Shown here: positions 22,848 through 33,522 of the stretch, piece by piece | Numbering within the stretch: position 1 is the first letter of the stretch | How the letters are laid out: each line of letters begins with the position of its first letter | Source of the DNA: an uncultured virus (IMG/VR IMGVR_UViG_3300003375_000022) | Lineage: Duplodnaviria; Heunggongvirae; Uroviricota; Caudoviricetes | Reading direction: 5' to 3' (one strand) | IMG/VR virus record: IMGVR_UViG_3300003375_000022 | DNA length: 64,000 bases | Translations under genes and position numbers: made by a program | Notes under the pieces: generated by a model | Databases searched by the model: none | What the model was told of the DNA's origin: nothing | What the model saw: the letters and a program-made list of their open reading frames with translations, nothing else

Positions 22848-23914
22848 CTAAATTATTTTGGTCAATATAACTCCAGTAATAATGCCAAGCGCAAAACAAA
22901 TAAATAAATCTTGTTCTTTGGATAAATTTTTTGTTGTTGGTTTTTCTGCGAATTGTTTTGCCCCAGAAACTATTTCTTTTCCTGATTCTTTTGTTTGTTG
23001 AACAATTTTTTTACCAATATCTTCTACTCCTTGTAAAGTTATTATTTGCATTTTATATTTTAATTTTACTTTTTAATGAACTTATTTTATCTGAAATCAC
23101 AGCCGTTAATCCAAGCACCCCCAAAACTATAACAGTTGCCCTAAGTATGCCTATTATTTCAAGTCTTTTTACTTGTTTTTCAAGGCGCTCTATTCTTTGT
23201 TCGTCGGTTAACTGCTGTAGTTTTTTTTCGCTTTCGAGCATTTTATTTCTTTTTGTTTTTCATTTTTTTTACCACAATTATTGTGATAACGGTAAGCAAT
23301 GCCGTCACTCCTAATGCGATCCCAACTTTAGCCTCCGTACTTAGACCTTTTTTAGTATTCACACCTGTTGGACTTGCCGCTAAAGCCTGCAAAGCTTGTG
23401 CTTGAGCCACATCTCCAGATTGGTCATTCAAAGAAGTTGCTGCTGCGTTAGCTGCTTTTGCTTGTATTAACTTTGCATCCGCTTCGGTTTGTTTGCGTTT
23501 ATTTTTTGCTGCTGAATCTATGGCTTTTTGCTTTTTGCTTTTTCCCCAGCCGAATAAATTTGAATGCGCTTCGCTTAAAGAAGCCCTGCGTTCTCTTTCT
23601 TTTTGGTCAAAGATTGTTCCTTCCCCAAACATGTCTTCTGCTCCAGTTGCATCGGAATACATTTTACTTCTAAATTCGTCTTCTTCGTTTTTACCTATTT
23701 TACCAGCACCATCTTCTCCGCCGCTTGCTGGGTAAAAATTTTCGTCGTCAAAGCTGTTCCCAACATCTGCTGAAGCGTTTTTAGCTTCAAACACTTCTAC
23801 CTCGCCAGTTCCGCTTGCACCGTGATGAGCTTCCATTATATCTCTATCAATAACTTCTCCGTCCAAATTATTAAAATTTCGTTTTGATCTGATTTTTTTT
23901 ACTGCTTTTTTCAT
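22848..23914 (-). other. Three single-pass membrane proteins (22848-23051, 23053-23241, 23243-23914)
   Basis: Each has one hydrophobic helix near the C-terminus, followed by Lys residues. Confidence 0.65.
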
Positions 23915-23920
23915 TTTTGT

Positions 23921-24454
23921 TTAAGCTAAATTGTTATTGAATTTTTGAAGATTAGCTATTCTATTTTTCCAGCCTTGTAAAAATTTTACATTTGTTGGAT
24001 GAAGCATTACGCATTGGTCGTAATACCATAATCTTTTTTGCACTATATCATTATATAACTCTTCTTCAGGAACGGTATTTATTACACCAATTGTTGCGTT
24101 ACCAAAATTACCGTCAACAACTAAATTTGCGCCAAAAGCATGAACAAGGATATCTTGGACATCCGCCTCGGGGTAGTGCTGACCACTATTATATATCCAA
24201 TCCACGAGCATATTGGAAATACGTTGCGATTGAATTAAATCTGCACAAGCTGCGTCCCAATAAAATTTCTTAAAAATAAAATTCCAATCGGCTTGATCCA
24301 TATTCATAAACCTATCGTGCGTATCGCCAAAAACGGTTTTCCAAGTTCTATATAAAACACCTTTGTTGGTTTCTCCACCTTGATCTATTGGGTCATTTAC
24401 ATATCCGCCTTCTGCAGAAAGAATAAAAGGTATTATTTTTTTGTAGTCTGCCAT
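23921..24454 (-). CDS. GH108 lysozyme-like muramidase (soluble, probable endolysin)
   Basis: EGGYVNDPIDQGGETNKGV motif; C-terminal FLQGWKNRI. Confidence 0.9.
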   Translation of the reverse strand: MADYKKIIPFILSAEGGYVNDPIDQGGETNKGVLYRTWKTVFGDTHDRFMNMDQADWNFIFKKFYWDAACADLIQSQRISNMLVDWIYNSGQHYPEADVQDILVHAFGANLVVDGNFGNATIGVINTVPEEELYNDIVQKRLWYYDQCVMLHPTNVKFLQGWKNRIANLQKFNNNLA

Positions 24455-24458
24455 TTTC

Positions 24459-25178
24459 TTACGCTGCTTTTTTGGTTTTACTGAATACTAAATATAAAGT
24501 TACAATAACTGCTGCCGTTGCCGCAATAGTTATATAAGGGTGTTTTTTTGCTTCGCTAACAGCCGCCTTTGCTTCGTCAACAGTTTTACCCATTAAGCTC
24601 TTTGCTAAAGCGGTTAATTGGTTTAATCTACTTGTCCATCCAACTCCGTATGTCGCAAACAGAGTGCCGCCCTTCATTGATTTCAAAGAAGCTAATCTTT
24701 GTGCCGAAAGCTTATCTATAACTTCTTGTTCGTTTTTAGCTGTTAGATCATTTAGCGCTTTGTTTTGAGAGGTTGAATCATTTGCAGAAATGCCATAATT
24801 TGTTTGTAGGAAATTCTTTAAAAATGATACAGGGTAAGCGGTTCCAGAACCCCAAGAAAAATCCGAAAGGAGGTAGGCAACTCCATTGCTATTTACATCG
24901 TCTAATTTAATAGGATCCCAATATCCGTGCTTAAAAATTTTTATCCACACATTATCTGGCATAGAAATAAATGTTTGGCAGTCTGGGGTGTATCCTAAAC
25001 TTGGGGCAAGGGCAACAAAAGTACTCCAAGTTACGCCTTTTGATGTGTGTGGGGGAAGTCCATTTTTTAAAGGAGCGCAAGGAGAAGGATATTTTGAAGC
25101 AGGATCTTTTGGATCACTCGTTAATCCCCCTTCAAACTTATGTATTGCGTCTATGTATGTTTGAGTGATAACTGCCAT
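24459..25178 (-). CDS. GH108-like muramidase with C-terminal membrane anchor
   Basis: EGGLTSDPKD...TSKGVT, YWD, YGVGWTSRL; C-terminal TM plus KTKK. Confidence 0.8.
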   Translation of the reverse strand: MAVITQTYIDAIHKFEGGLTSDPKDPASKYPSPCAPLKNGLPPHTSKGVTWSTFVALAPSLGYTPDCQTFISMPDNVWIKIFKHGYWDPIKLDDVNSNGVAYLLSDFSWGSGTAYPVSFLKNFLQTNYGISANDSTSQNKALNDLTAKNEQEVIDKLSAQRLASLKSMKGGTLFATYGVGWTSRLNQLTALAKSLMGKTVDEAKAAVSEAKKHPYITIAATAAVIVTLYLVFSKTKKAA

Positions 25179-25179
25179 T

Positions 25180-25500
25180 TTACTTTTTTGTTGTTTCTAC
25201 TAAAAATTGACTTCCGTATTTTGCATAAGCTGGTGTAGTCATAACGCCAGCAATATTATCTTCAACTAAATGTGGCTTAAAACCTTTTAAATTATACCAT
25301 TTTTGAAAAGCCAAAACATCGTGTATTTCACTTGGTTTAGCTATAAAAGGCTGTGAACTATCTTTCTCTGTTGGAGCTGGAGAACTTGCTATTAATTGTT
25401 TGGAATCTTTTTTATTTCTCCACCACAAAAAAACTGCAATGCCAATGCCAGTTGCCGATAAAATACCTAATGTTATTTTCTGCCCTTTAGTTAACGCCAT
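25180..25500 (-). CDS. Membrane-anchored peptidoglycan-binding-domain protein
   Basis: N-terminal TM; VLAFQKWYN...LVEDNIAGVMT resembles the PG_binding_1 pattern. Confidence 0.55.
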   Translation of the reverse strand: MALTKGQKITLGILSATGIGIAVFLWWRNKKDSKQLIASSPAPTEKDSSQPFIAKPSEIHDVLAFQKWYNLKGFKPHLVEDNIAGVMTTPAYAKYGSQFLVETTKK

Positions 25501-25510
25501 TTTTTTTAAA

Positions 25511-26227
25511 TTATTGTTTTTCTACGGAAGTTGAAGTGTCGTCTGCTGGCACAACCGTATCTGAAGGAACATCAAAAGCTTCTTTTTCGCCAGTTGGCTT
25601 AAAAGAAAGTTTTTTATGATTTCCACGACGTAAAACTTTGTGTTTGTGTGTAATCTTTAAAGAATGTGCGTTTCTTTTTTTTCCAGAAGCGTTACTCATT
25701 TCGCCTTCAGCCATACTTTGTTCACCTTCAGCCTTAGAGGATGCGCCAGAAGTCAGTTGATTTATTTTTGAAGAATGGTCTTCGACTCCAACGGCAAGCA
25801 GAGCAAGCCCAGCTCCTATTAAAGAAGCTATCACTAAATGATTAGTTGAATTTATGCTTAATTCTTTTTTGGCGATTAGGAATCCCCCTGCGCCACCAAT
25901 AGCTACAGCTGCCATTCCCTTTATAGTTTGTGCTTTCATTGTTTTGTTTTTAATTTGTTTACTTTTTGTAGAATCAAGAGTTACGGCTCTTTATAATTAC
26001 TACTTACCAGCTACAGTAGCAGCGGTTGGAGCACTGTGTTTTGCTTTCATCTTAGATTCGATTTCTGCGCCAACAATAGCCGTTACAGCAATGATACCAG
26101 CTAAAGCCCATTTGTTTGCAACATGACCAGTTTTGTGTGCCACATAGTAGCCAATTGCTCCGCCAGCTAAAACGCCGATAACATTTTCTTTTAGAGTAGT
26201 TGCAGTTTTTTTAATAATTGCGTCCAT
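25511..26227 (-). other. Two Gly/Ala-rich two-helix membrane proteins (25511-25939, 26000-26227)
   Basis: Paired hydrophobic GxxxG-rich helices. Confidence 0.6.
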
Positions 26228-26314
26228 TTGATTTTGGTTTTTTTGGTTTTTTGAGTTTTGCTATTCTTTACACTTCGTAGCTCTTGTGCGTATATACTTA
26301 TTCTTGTGGTATTT

Positions 26315-26788
26315 CTATTTGGTATAATTTACCAATTTATTATAATCTTCTTGCGTTATTTTACGCGCAATATGTTTGCCTTGTTTAGCGCTCTCACTAA
26401 CATCAGTGCAAGATACGGTTTCTGTTGAATATAAATGTTCTTTAGACCAAATATTTTTGCACATTCCATTAAAAGTTGATTGACCGTACTTTCCGTCCAA
26501 ATCAATCCCTGTTTGGAATCTTGAATTCAATAATTGTTGAATGGCTAATATTTTTTTGCTTGGCGCATCTCCAATTGATATCGGGTACGTACCTTCTGGA
26601 AGCAAGGCTGCTTGTTGTTGCGAAATAACTTTTTGACCAACGTTTGAAGGGTCTGCTATCTTCCCCTGTAGTTGATCGTCAATATTTTTCAACATTTTTT
26701 TGTTTTTAATTCTACGAACAACGACAAGCGCTATTGCTGATGCCGAAATAATTGCCAATCCAATTTTAACCCCCTTTGATAATTTCAT
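26315..26788 (-). CDS. Membrane-anchored peptidoglycan-binding-domain protein
   Basis: N-terminal TM; ILAIQQLLN...IDLDGKYGQST. Confidence 0.6.
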   Translation of the reverse strand: MKLSKGVKIGLAIISASAIALVVVRRIKNKKMLKNIDDQLQGKIADPSNVGQKVISQQQAALLPEGTYPISIGDAPSKKILAIQQLLNSRFQTGIDLDGKYGQSTFNGMCKNIWSKEHLYSTETVSCTDVSESAKQGKHIARKITQEDYNKLVNYTK

Positions 26789-26807
26789 GTGTTTGTTTTT
26801 AAATATT

Positions 26808-27215
26808 CTAAACTCCTGCTGCTTTAGCTATTGTACCTATTTGTTTTGGTCTAACAGCTAAGTTCACCAATAAAATAGCGATTGGAACTAAAATTACACC
26901 CCCAACTATAAGCGCTGTTGTTTTTCCAAGATGGAAAATACCCAAAGCTTCGTCAACAACACCAACTCCAGCGTCGCCTATTTTTTGACCCCATGTAGCA
27001 GGAATCTCAATTCCTTTTTTCTTCATAAATTCCCTAAGAGTATTGTCGCTAACCGAAGTGCTTCCTCTTAAGCTCCAAGCCTCTAACCATTTTTGGTTTG
27101 CAATTTTTTTACCAAAATTATTTTCCAACGATTTATACCATTCAATCCAAACAGCTGAACCTGAAGCTGCTGTTGGTAACACGGTTGGATCTGTTTTTCC
27201 TGTTAATAATCCCAT
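26808..27215 (-). CDS. Membrane protein
   Basis: C-terminal TM TALIVGGVILVPIAILLV. Confidence 0.55.
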   Translation of the reverse strand: MGLLTGKTDPTVLPTAASGSAVWIEWYKSLENNFGKKIANQKWLEAWSLRGSTSVSDNTLREFMKKKGIEIPATWGQKIGDAGVGVVDEALGIFHLGKTTALIVGGVILVPIAILLVNLAVRPKQIGTIAKAAGV

Positions 27216-27239
27216 TTTATTTTTTATTTATTAATTATT

Positions 27240-28169
27240 TTATGCTATTTTTTGTACAGAAAATACTACTCTTGGATTGCCTATCGTGCCAACACCAAGT
27301 CCGATTACGTCGTGGTCTGTCCTGTTAAGAACGTAAACTAAGAATTGCTGACCAGTTTTTGCTGGTTGATTCATTGCTGCGGCAGAAAGCATTATATCAC
27401 TTGTATTTTGCGTTATAGCTTCGACATCTGAACACCTAAATCCAGTGCTGGTAGGTACACCTAATATAGCTGTTGAAAAAGATCCAACACCAACTGGAAA
27501 TACAGACAATGAATTTTGCATCCAATAATACCCATTTGAATCTTGGGGGTTATTTGCATCTTGATTTATTTGAACATACACAAATATTCCGAAATTATAA
27601 AATCCGTCTGCAGGGCAAGTCCATATACCAGTAACTAAATCAAATGTTCCGGTGAATAGCCCAACTTCCGTTTTTTGATCATAAGCGACTATTGGTTGAC
27701 TATTCCTGACGCTATAATTTGTTGATTTAGGTATGTAGTTTGTGCCTGCGTTTACCAAGGTTTTAGTTGCTGTGAAGAATGGAAATGTCGGAATTAACGC
27801 ATTGAATGCTCCAATGGCTATATAATCTAAATTGCTGGTTATTTCAACTATAACGGAATCTCCGTTATTTGTAACCGAAACCATCTGAGCTGCATTTATC
27901 TTAAATCCAGAAGGTGCAACTATTGTAATATTATTTGCAGATGCGTTATTTTTATAGTCTACGATGTATAATTTGTATTGAGTGCTCCAGTTGCCCTGAA
28001 CAGTATATCCTCCGTTGTTTGGTATTTGCAGTAGGTTTATTACTACTGGACTTACAGATGTGTCGCATAGTAAAACGCTGTCGTCTGTAAGAACAGTGTA
28101 TGTTCCAGCAACAACCTTTTGTGTGTTTGCGTACTTTGTGCTATTTAAAACTATTCCGTTGCTTGACAT
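27240..28169 (-). CDS. Putative spike protein with C1q/TNF-like C-terminal domain
   Basis: N-domain shared with 16336-17097; FDLVTGIWTCPADGFYNF matches the C1q-like F...TG.FTCP..G.Y.F pattern. Confidence 0.6.
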   Translation of the reverse strand: MSSNGIVLNSTKYANTQKVVAGTYTVLTDDSVLLCDTSVSPVVINLLQIPNNGGYTVQGNWSTQYKLYIVDYKNNASANNITIVAPSGFKINAAQMVSVTNNGDSVIVEITSNLDYIAIGAFNALIPTFPFFTATKTLVNAGTNYIPKSTNYSVRNSQPIVAYDQKTEVGLFTGTFDLVTGIWTCPADGFYNFGIFVYVQINQDANNPQDSNGYYWMQNSLSVFPVGVGSFSTAILGVPTSTGFRCSDVEAITQNTSDIMLSAAAMNQPAKTGQQFLVYVLNRTDHDVIGLGVGTIGNPRVVFSVQKIA

Positions 28170-29362
28170 TATAATAAAGCTTTAGATGGTTTAGTTTCGT
28201 TTGGGAAAAAGAATCTTTTTATGGAATGTTGTTTTAAAAAGAAAGCCATTGTTACTGTCATTCCAGCAAAAACAGTATATTGAAAGAAGTCCATTCCGTC
28301 TGGAATAAACGGTCTATTTAGAGTGCCCATTATGTCAAAGAAAACTATATCCTTAGCATATTGCATTGTGTCGTACTGCAAGGCTATATTTAAAGGCGCT
28401 ATTCTTTCCATCCCCTGTATGTTTTGATTCATAAACAATAAAGGAATATTTATTTGGTCTTGCATTGTTTTTGTAGATGAAGCCGAAACAGCAAAGGTAA
28501 ATTTAGCGTTTACAATAAGTGCTGGATTAGCTAACAGATTAAACAACACGTTTGAATAAGCAACATTTCCTCCACCTATAGATATTTTGTCATTTAAGTT
28601 AAGCGAAGTTGAATACAAATAATCTAATGGCATAGATGGATTGAACACCTCACAAACAAAATCATTCTGAGAAGTATTATTGAATGTTAACACAAGTTGT
28701 TTTAATTTTTCCCCTTTGTAATAGCCGATGTTTCTTATTGATTCTTCTTGTGGCTCTGGGTTCATTATAAACTTATCAACACCCTGAACGATTAACTCCC
28801 TGTCGTTTGGAATAAAAATGCGCTGCAATGGTTTTTCGCCACCTATTATATTTGCATGTTCTTGTTCTTGTACACCTATGAAATTGGTTAGCTTTTCTAT
28901 ATTCGCCTTAGAACCTATTTCTGAAATAACAGCTTGTTTATTTTCAACCGAAGCTTCTATGTTTGTAATTGGTATATTTTCAGGAGATTGGTTGCTGGTT
29001 ATTTTTTTTGCATCGGAAAGAGCTCGCTTAAAACCTTTGGATTTTATTTTACTAAAATCGGGGTCTTTTTTTCCTTCAATAATAACATCTCTGTTTCCAG
29101 CAATAGCTATGTGTTTTATTTGTTTTTTTCTTCCAACTATTTTTATCGTATCAGAAAAAACTTCCTTAAAGCTTCCTTCTAATTTACTAAAATTTATGTC
29201 TTTAGATTTTTTAGCTCTTTTTAAAAAAGATAAGGATTCTCTGAAATTTCCTCCTTCAATTCCGCTAAAATCGTAATCGTTTAAAGTATTTTCCAAACTA
29301 TCAAAGAACTTTTTTTCTTTACTATTGCATTCTTTATTTTTCTTTTTACAATTCTTTTTCAT
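28169..29362 (-). CDS. Capsid-protein paralog with long N-terminal extension
   Basis: C-terminal LTFNNTSQ...YSNVL...PLNIALQYDTMQYAKDIV...DG...YTV aligns by eye with 36651-37415. Confidence 0.5.
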   Translation of the reverse strand: MKKNCKKKNKECNSKEKKFFDSLENTLNDYDFSGIEGGNFRESLSFLKRAKKSKDINFSKLEGSFKEVFSDTIKIVGRKKQIKHIAIAGNRDVIIEGKKDPDFSKIKSKGFKRALSDAKKITSNQSPENIPITNIEASVENKQAVISEIGSKANIEKLTNFIGVQEQEHANIIGGEKPLQRIFIPNDRELIVQGVDKFIMNPEPQEESIRNIGYYKGEKLKQLVLTFNNTSQNDFVCEVFNPSMPLDYLYSTSLNLNDKISIGGGNVAYSNVLFNLLANPALIVNAKFTFAVSASSTKTMQDQINIPLLFMNQNIQGMERIAPLNIALQYDTMQYAKDIVFFDIMGTLNRPFIPDGMDFFQYTVFAGMTVTMAFFLKQHSIKRFFFPNETKPSKALL

Positions 29363-29395
29363 TTTGCTAATTTAGCAAATTAATTGACAAATTAC

Positions 29396-30187
29396 TTACG
29401 ATATTGCTTGAGCGAATTCGCCACTTTCGAACCTCGAAATATAATCGTTTATCTTTCGCATTCTCTGTAAATTTGCGGAATTTTGAGCTCTAAGAAACAC
29501 TTTAGCGAAAACACAAATGGCATCGATTTTCGACCACCCACTCCCCAGATAAATATATAATCCATTTATATCTGCGCCAGTTTCATTTGAAATTTCTAAT
29601 CCTATTTTTGGGTTCTTATACTTATGTGAAAATTCATGCAACAATATTATGATTCGCATAGGAATCGTATATTTTCTAAATCGAATGGCGGCAGCTTCAA
29701 TTATGCCGCTCTTATGCCCAATGCGCGCAGGTGTGCTCATTGGTTTTCCACTCGCCACATCTCTTATTACGTCGTAATAACGTATTATAAATTCGCCGTC
29801 ATCGGTTTTAAATTCTCTTCCTTTTGCCGAAGCTTCTTCAAACCCGCAAACTTGACTAAAATGGACAGCAAGTTTTAGGAAACTCGTTGTTTGTTCGTCA
29901 AGCCAAATGTTATAGGTCTTTAAAGGAATTTCTTCTGTTTTAATTTCGTAATCTGTGTCTTTTGGGTTTTCCGAATTTACGCATCCAAAAAATAATTCTT
30001 TTGGTGAAACTGGAAAATTAAAATGAACTGTTCTCTGACCATCGACAATGATTTCCCTGTCCGCGTATTTGCTATTTACTCTTCCATAATCTTCTGCCCA
30101 CACACGAAATCTTTTCTTTCCATTACAACTGATTGTAATGTTTAAAGAAAACTTTTTATTGTCTGTATCTATTTTTTTAGAAAACAT
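29396..30187 (-). CDS. Zinc metallopeptidase (HExxH...E)
   Basis: IILLHEFSH followed by NETGAD, a gluzincin-like third-ligand motif. Confidence 0.7.
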   Translation of the reverse strand: MFSKKIDTDNKKFSLNITISCNGKKRFRVWAEDYGRVNSKYADREIIVDGQRTVHFNFPVSPKELFFGCVNSENPKDTDYEIKTEEIPLKTYNIWLDEQTTSFLKLAVHFSQVCGFEEASAKGREFKTDDGEFIIRYYDVIRDVASGKPMSTPARIGHKSGIIEAAAIRFRKYTIPMRIIILLHEFSHKYKNPKIGLEISNETGADINGLYIYLGSGWSKIDAICVFAKVFLRAQNSANLQRMRKINDYISRFESGEFAQAIS

Positions 30188-31507
30188 ATAATTCTATTTA
30201 GATTTTTTGCCCTTTTTAACTACTAAGAATATTCCAACTGCAACCGCAACAATGCCAAATACTATTCCAACTTTTGCGCCAACACCCATTCCTTTTTTTG
30301 GAGTTTGTGATGTTGTATTACTCGGAATAGTTCCGCCAGTAGTTGAAGGTGATGGCGCATTGGATACAGAAACAGCCGCATTATTTAAACTATTAGCTGT
30401 TTGACTTGCGCCCTGTACTGCTGCTGATCCTTTATTTAAAGCGCCTTGTGTTTTATTAAGCACATCTTCTGTCTTTTGAAAAATATTTTCGCTTCCACCA
30501 GCGTTTAGATAATACTCTTTAGGGGATTTTCTTTTGTTATCTATAATAACTGGGTAGTCTGTGATGACTTTCATATTCTTACTTGCTTCAACTGGTTTTG
30601 ATCTTAATTCTTTAACTACAACCAAAAGGCTTTTTGTTTTTGTTTTCCTGTGATTAGAATGATAATTACTTCCTTCTGCTGAAACAAATAAATGTTGAGG
30701 AGTTATCAATTTGTGATCCACAATTGTTGGGTTAGAGGTCATGACTTTTGTATGTGAATTTACAAAAACAGGAACTCTTTTTATTACCTCAACTTTTTTT
30801 ACAACAATCTTTGTTTTTGGCGCGTGGCTTTTATGTACATATCCAACAGCTCCTTTTGATTTAATGTGTATTTTTTCCCCTTCAGCTACATGCAATTTAT
30901 GCTGCGCGCGTGGTTTTTTATGTGGTTTTCTTGCGTGTTTCATGGCTGTAATTTTTTATTTTATTCTATTCTTCTTTTTTAGCGACTTTTACCGCAGCTG
31001 GTTTTATCCCTTTTTTGCGATATATAATGTACAAGCCAGCAAGCGCACCTATAACAGCGCCGTAAATTTTATTTTTACTGTCTACTGGCAACCACGTTGG
31101 AAACTTTTTTTCTATGCCATAAGTTATTCCAAGACCTACAAGAGCGCCAACTATAGCGCCATCCATATATTGCACTTTTGGATTTGTGTACTCTATTGGA
31201 GCTTTAGCTGCTTCTTTAGGTGTTTCGGATTTCTGTTCAGAACCTTCTGCGCTACTAACGGCTTCTGGTTTAATATCTTTTGTTACTAATTTTTTAACTA
31301 TATTTAAAGGAATAATAAACGCTCCTTCTGTTATAACAAAAGCAGGTTTGTTTTTTAAGTGTTTTAACTCGCCATTTACTACCTCTCCTTTCATGAAGGT
31401 TTTATAGTTAATTACTTTTGGTCTGTTCGGCAATTGAGCGACCACTGCGCTTGGAACTTTTGCCGTTTCTATCATTACGAAGCTTTCTAATGCCATTGAT
31501 TATATTT

Positions 31508-31585
31508 TTATTTTTTATAAACTAAATAGATTGCGCCAGCCAATAAAATCAGCGCGCTCCCTATAATTATTTTTTCTTTGCTCAT
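31508..31585 (-). CDS. 25 aa transmembrane micropeptide
   Basis: MSKEKIIIGSALILLAGAIYLVYKK; ATGA overlap with the preceding stop. Confidence 0.65.
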   Translation of the reverse strand: MSKEKIIIGSALILLAGAIYLVYKK

Positions 31586-32527
31586 TTCTTTTTTAAAACT
31601 AAAATCAATACCACAGCCAGTACAGCAACTCCTCCGCCCACAGCTAAGCCAATTTTTAAATTCTTACTCATACCCTGTTGCTCTGGCTGAGGAATATTTA
31701 ACGGCGCAGCTTGCTGTTGTTGTGGCTGATTAGAGCCAGCTCCACTATTTTGAAGCAATCCTTTTACTCCTCCAAATAATTTTTTAAATTTTCCTTGCGA
31801 AGCGCTTGGCTTACTAAGTTCGGTTGAAGAATTAAAGGCTGGTAATCCAACTGCGTTTGGAGCAGGTTGAGCTATTGGTGTAGTATTTATAATTGTATCT
31901 TGGTTTGAAGGTATTGGCGCTTGCGATTGATTGAAAGCGTTTTGCGAAGCCGTGTTTTGTACAGTAAAAGCTGGCAATCCAAGTCCATTAGCGGAAAGGT
32001 ACTTATCCTTAGAAGATACTTTTCTTCTATCAATAAATATAGGATTTATAGTTACTACTTTCATTTTATTAATTTCCGTTTACTACATTAGCTGCTTTCC
32101 AAATAACTCTATTTCTGTTTCCGTTTTTGTCGACAAAATAAACAAAGCCACCATTCGCTTTTTCTGCAACCCCTAATAAAGTTGGTGCAGCTGGCGAAGA
32201 AGAAACTTTGTTGCCATTTACATCTTGTATGTCGTTACCAGCAAACATCGAACGAACCAAAGGTTTGTTTGTGAATATATAATTTTCCCCTTTATTTGTA
32301 TAAGGAGTTGTGTTTACGATTTGTTTTGTTGCGCCTGTAGGAATTGCCACCGAAGAGGATACTGGTGCTGAAGAAGCATCGCCGCTTGTTGGCGTTGAAG
32401 TGCTCGATAATTTAGCGGCTTCTTCTTTTTTCTTTTTATTGTGCCTATAGATAATAAATCCAGTTAAAACGAGCGCCCCAGCTACCCCAACACCTATTGC
32501 TATTTTAACGCCTTTTTTCATCTATTT

Positions 32528-32635
32528 TTAATTTACAATTTTTATATCTTTTGCTGAAACTTTTGATTCTTTATATTTGGTGTATATAACTAAACAAATT
32601 CCAACAAAAGCAAGTGTTCCTAATATGTTTTTCAT
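32528..32635 (-). CDS. 35 aa transmembrane micropeptide
   Basis: MKNILGTLAFVGICLVIYTKYKESKVSAKDIKIVN fills the intergenic gap. Confidence 0.6.
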   Translation of the reverse strand: MKNILGTLAFVGICLVIYTKYKESKVSAKDIKIVN

Positions 32636-33305
32636 CACTTATTTTTTACGTTTCTTTAAATAGATTATTGTTCCTATTATTCCGCCTATAACAACTATTC
32701 CTATTCCACTAATAACTAATATTTTTGTTAGCTTTGCTTTACTTGCGGCAGCCTTGTGCGCGGCATCTAATTGTGCTTGCCTTTGCGCCAAAACCTGTTG
32801 AACCATTGCCGCCTTTGCTTGTTGTTTTGCTGCTACAAGATTAGTGGTTGCGTTTTTGTCTTTAACCATCTTGTTTGCTATACCAACACCACCTTGAACT
32901 ATTCCTCCTATTGCCCCAAGTATTCCGCCAGCATTTGAATGATCTTCTCCGCAAAAACTACTTTGCATAACCATGTAAGCGCCTTTAACACCTTCGTCGC
33001 TTATCTCTTCTTTTCCGTTAAACCCAAGCTGTCTATTGTGCATGTTAATTAACAGAGAGGCTCCAAGTAGAAGTTTTTTATTTTTGCCCGTGTTATCTAT
33101 GAATTTTGATATTAAATGTGCGTCTGAATCATTGATACTTACCTTAATACCGCTGTCATTTAACAAATGAACAAATTCCCCTTTTTGTTTAACAAGAATG
33201 CTACCTAATTCCTTCATTAAGGCGGTATTAGCTGACTTTATATCCTTGTTTTGAACACCCTCAATAAAGCCACTATAATTATCTGTATTTAACAATGTGT
33301 TCATT

Positions 33306-33416
33306 TTACTTTTTAATAGAATTTAATTTTGTAAAAAACAAAACGGTATATGCAATTGCTACTCCGGCATAAGCAACTAAAATCATTTTTTCTTCCGAAC
33401 TTACCTGTTTGCCCAT
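33306..33416 (-). CDS. 36 aa transmembrane micropeptide
   Basis: MGKQVSSEEKMILVAYAGVAIAYTVLFFTKLNSIKK. Confidence 0.6.
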   Translation of the reverse strand: MGKQVSSEEKMILVAYAGVAIAYTVLFFTKLNSIKK

Positions 33417-33423
33417 TGTTTAC

Positions 33424-33522
33424 TTAATTTTTTTCTTTACACATAAACACTCCGAAGCATGTAAAACAAAAAGCTGCCACTACTATCATTGTAGTTATTA
33501 GCAATTTGTCGTTTTTATCCAT
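33424..33522 (-). CDS. 32 aa transmembrane micropeptide
   Basis: MDKNDKLLITTMIVVAAFCFTCFGVFMCKEKN; TAATG overlap with the preceding stop. Confidence 0.6.
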   Translation of the reverse strand: MDKNDKLLITTMIVVAAFCFTCFGVFMCKEKN

